Assembly (NCBI GenBank): GCA_963810095.1
Contig: CAWEMM010000011.1
Coordinates: 288,001 to 352,000, forward strand
DNA length: 64,000 nt
Reading direction: 5' to 3'
Origin: an uncultured Chloroflexia bacterium
GTDB taxonomy: Bacteria > Chloroflexota > Anaerolineae > CG2-30-64-16
Part shown: positions 62,925 through 64,000 of the stretch, in pieces
Layout: every line of letters begins with the position of its first letter
How positions within the stretch are numbered: the stretch's first letter is position 1
Program-made: the position numbers and the translations under genes
The notes under the pieces: generated by a model
What the model was told of the DNA's origin: nothing
Databases searched by the model: none
Seen by the model: the letters and a program-made list of their open reading frames with translations, nothing else

Positions 62925-63456
62925 CAGGTTCTCCTATCGATGTAGATGGTATAGAAAGCACAGGTCCTAACGAAGATGGGACGGGCCAAGCGTCGCGCCA
63001 ACGCTGCCGGGTGCGCAGCGATAGCTGGCGCGCCGCGGCATATTCAGCTTTGGTCAGGTTTCCAGGACCCCGCCCTTACCGGTGCATGCGAGGGGCTTGG
63101 CCGTAGTGCAATAGAAGGACTAGCGAGCAGTCGGTGCTTCGGGCTTCGAGACGGCGAAGCCGGCGCACTGAAAGAGGACGCTGGCAAACGCACAGGGTCA
63201 TGATATTAGCAGACCGTGACCGATCAGCGTTGATAAGCGTCTCATTTCATCCCTCGTTGTCAAACAGCGCGGGGTGAATGTCAAAACACGAAAGAGAACC
63301 GGAGTGCTACGCCGGGTATCAAGCTGGTAGATCTGGAGGAGTGTTTGGGCTTGTTGGCACAGGCCCAAGCAGGATTGGAGTATAGGACGGATGGCGTGCC
63401 CTGTCAAACTGGGGCGACCAGCGAGGGGTTGCTCCGGTGAGCCCGTGCCCGACGGC

Positions 63457-64000
63457 CTACTGGCGTGAGACACGCGTCAAGGGCTTGAACCCCTCGCCCA
63501 GCACCGAGTGGTTCGGGCTGATGACGACGAAGGCTTCGGGATCGGCCTGGCGGACCAGTTCCTGCAGCCGGGGTGTCTGCCGGTTGTTGATCGCGGTGAA
63601 GATCAGCGTGCGCTCGGAGCCGGTGTAGCCGCCTTCGCCCCGCAGGATGGTCACGCCCCGATCCAGTTCGGCCATGATGCCGTCGCGCACCAGGTCGGGC
63701 TGCTTGGTAATGATGAACGCGCTGCTGCCCGATTCGAACCCATTTTCGACCGCATCGATGACCCGCGCCATGACCCAGGCGGCAATCAGCGCGTAGAGCG
63801 CGGGGGCAAGGCCGAAGAAGAACGCCGCCAGCAAGAGGATCACGGCGTCCATGAGCAGCAGCGAGGTGGACATGCGTACGCCGCGGAAGTATTCGAGCAG
63901 CTTGGCAGGGATCTCGGTGCCGCCGCCTGTGGCACCCGCCCGAAAGATGAGCGCCATGCCGAAGCCGTAGAGCAGGCCACCGTAGGCCGTGTACAGCAGC
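63457..64000 (-). CDS. YitT family membrane protein, 5' end outside the window
   Basis: GATGGGTEI, RGVTIL.GEGGYTG, DPEAFVVI...VLGEGF (DUF2179-type tail). Confidence 0.88.
   Translation of the reverse strand, partial: LLYTAYGGLLYGFGMALIFRAGATGGGTEIPAKLLEYFRGVRMSTSLLLMDAVILLLAAFFFGLAPALYALIAAWVMARVIDAVENGFESGSSAFIITKQPDLVRDGIMAELDRGVTILRGEGGYTGSERTLIFTAINNRQTPRLQELVRQADPEAFVVISPNHSVLGEGFKPLTRVSRQ

Overview
High-GC bacterial chromosomal window. Gene content and repeat style suggest Chloroflexota (Anaerolineae/Caldilineae-like); this is inference. About 20 otherwise intact genes carry single-base indels, which points to an under-polished long-read assembly, so I joined the fragments. From left to right: (1) the end of a bacterial microcompartment locus (acylating aldehyde dehydrogenase, tandem-BMC shell protein); (2) a ~23 kb co-directional acyl-CoA/lipid cluster with a thiolase, a MalT-ATPase/TPR/BTAD activator and its likely operator, two KAS III-like enzymes with non-canonical active sites, three acyl-CoA ligases, two alpha/beta hydrolases, an M29-like peptidase, a nitroreductase, MaoC dehydratases and a LIV-type ABC importer; (3) housekeeping genes (MFS, mutY, polyprenyl synthase, fni, acpP, mobA, heme O synthase, galE, msrA, Ugp-like ABC); (4) a secreted beta-propeller and a ~2300 aa repeat surface protein; (5) a GT3-like glucan synthase, an orphan ParA and a small adaptor-like gene; (6) panB-panE-panC-panD-coaX behind a pan-motif-like leader and attenuator; (7) a ~2000 aa M12B metalloprotease with nested domain insertions and a cohesin/dockerin-like tail; (8) a partial YitT gene. 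Several families of short palindromic intergenic repeats occur. I found no rRNA, tRNA, CRISPR array, transposase or reverse transcriptase. The best candidates for undescribed biology are the twin KAS III cluster, the GT3-ParA-adaptor module and the nested-domain protease.
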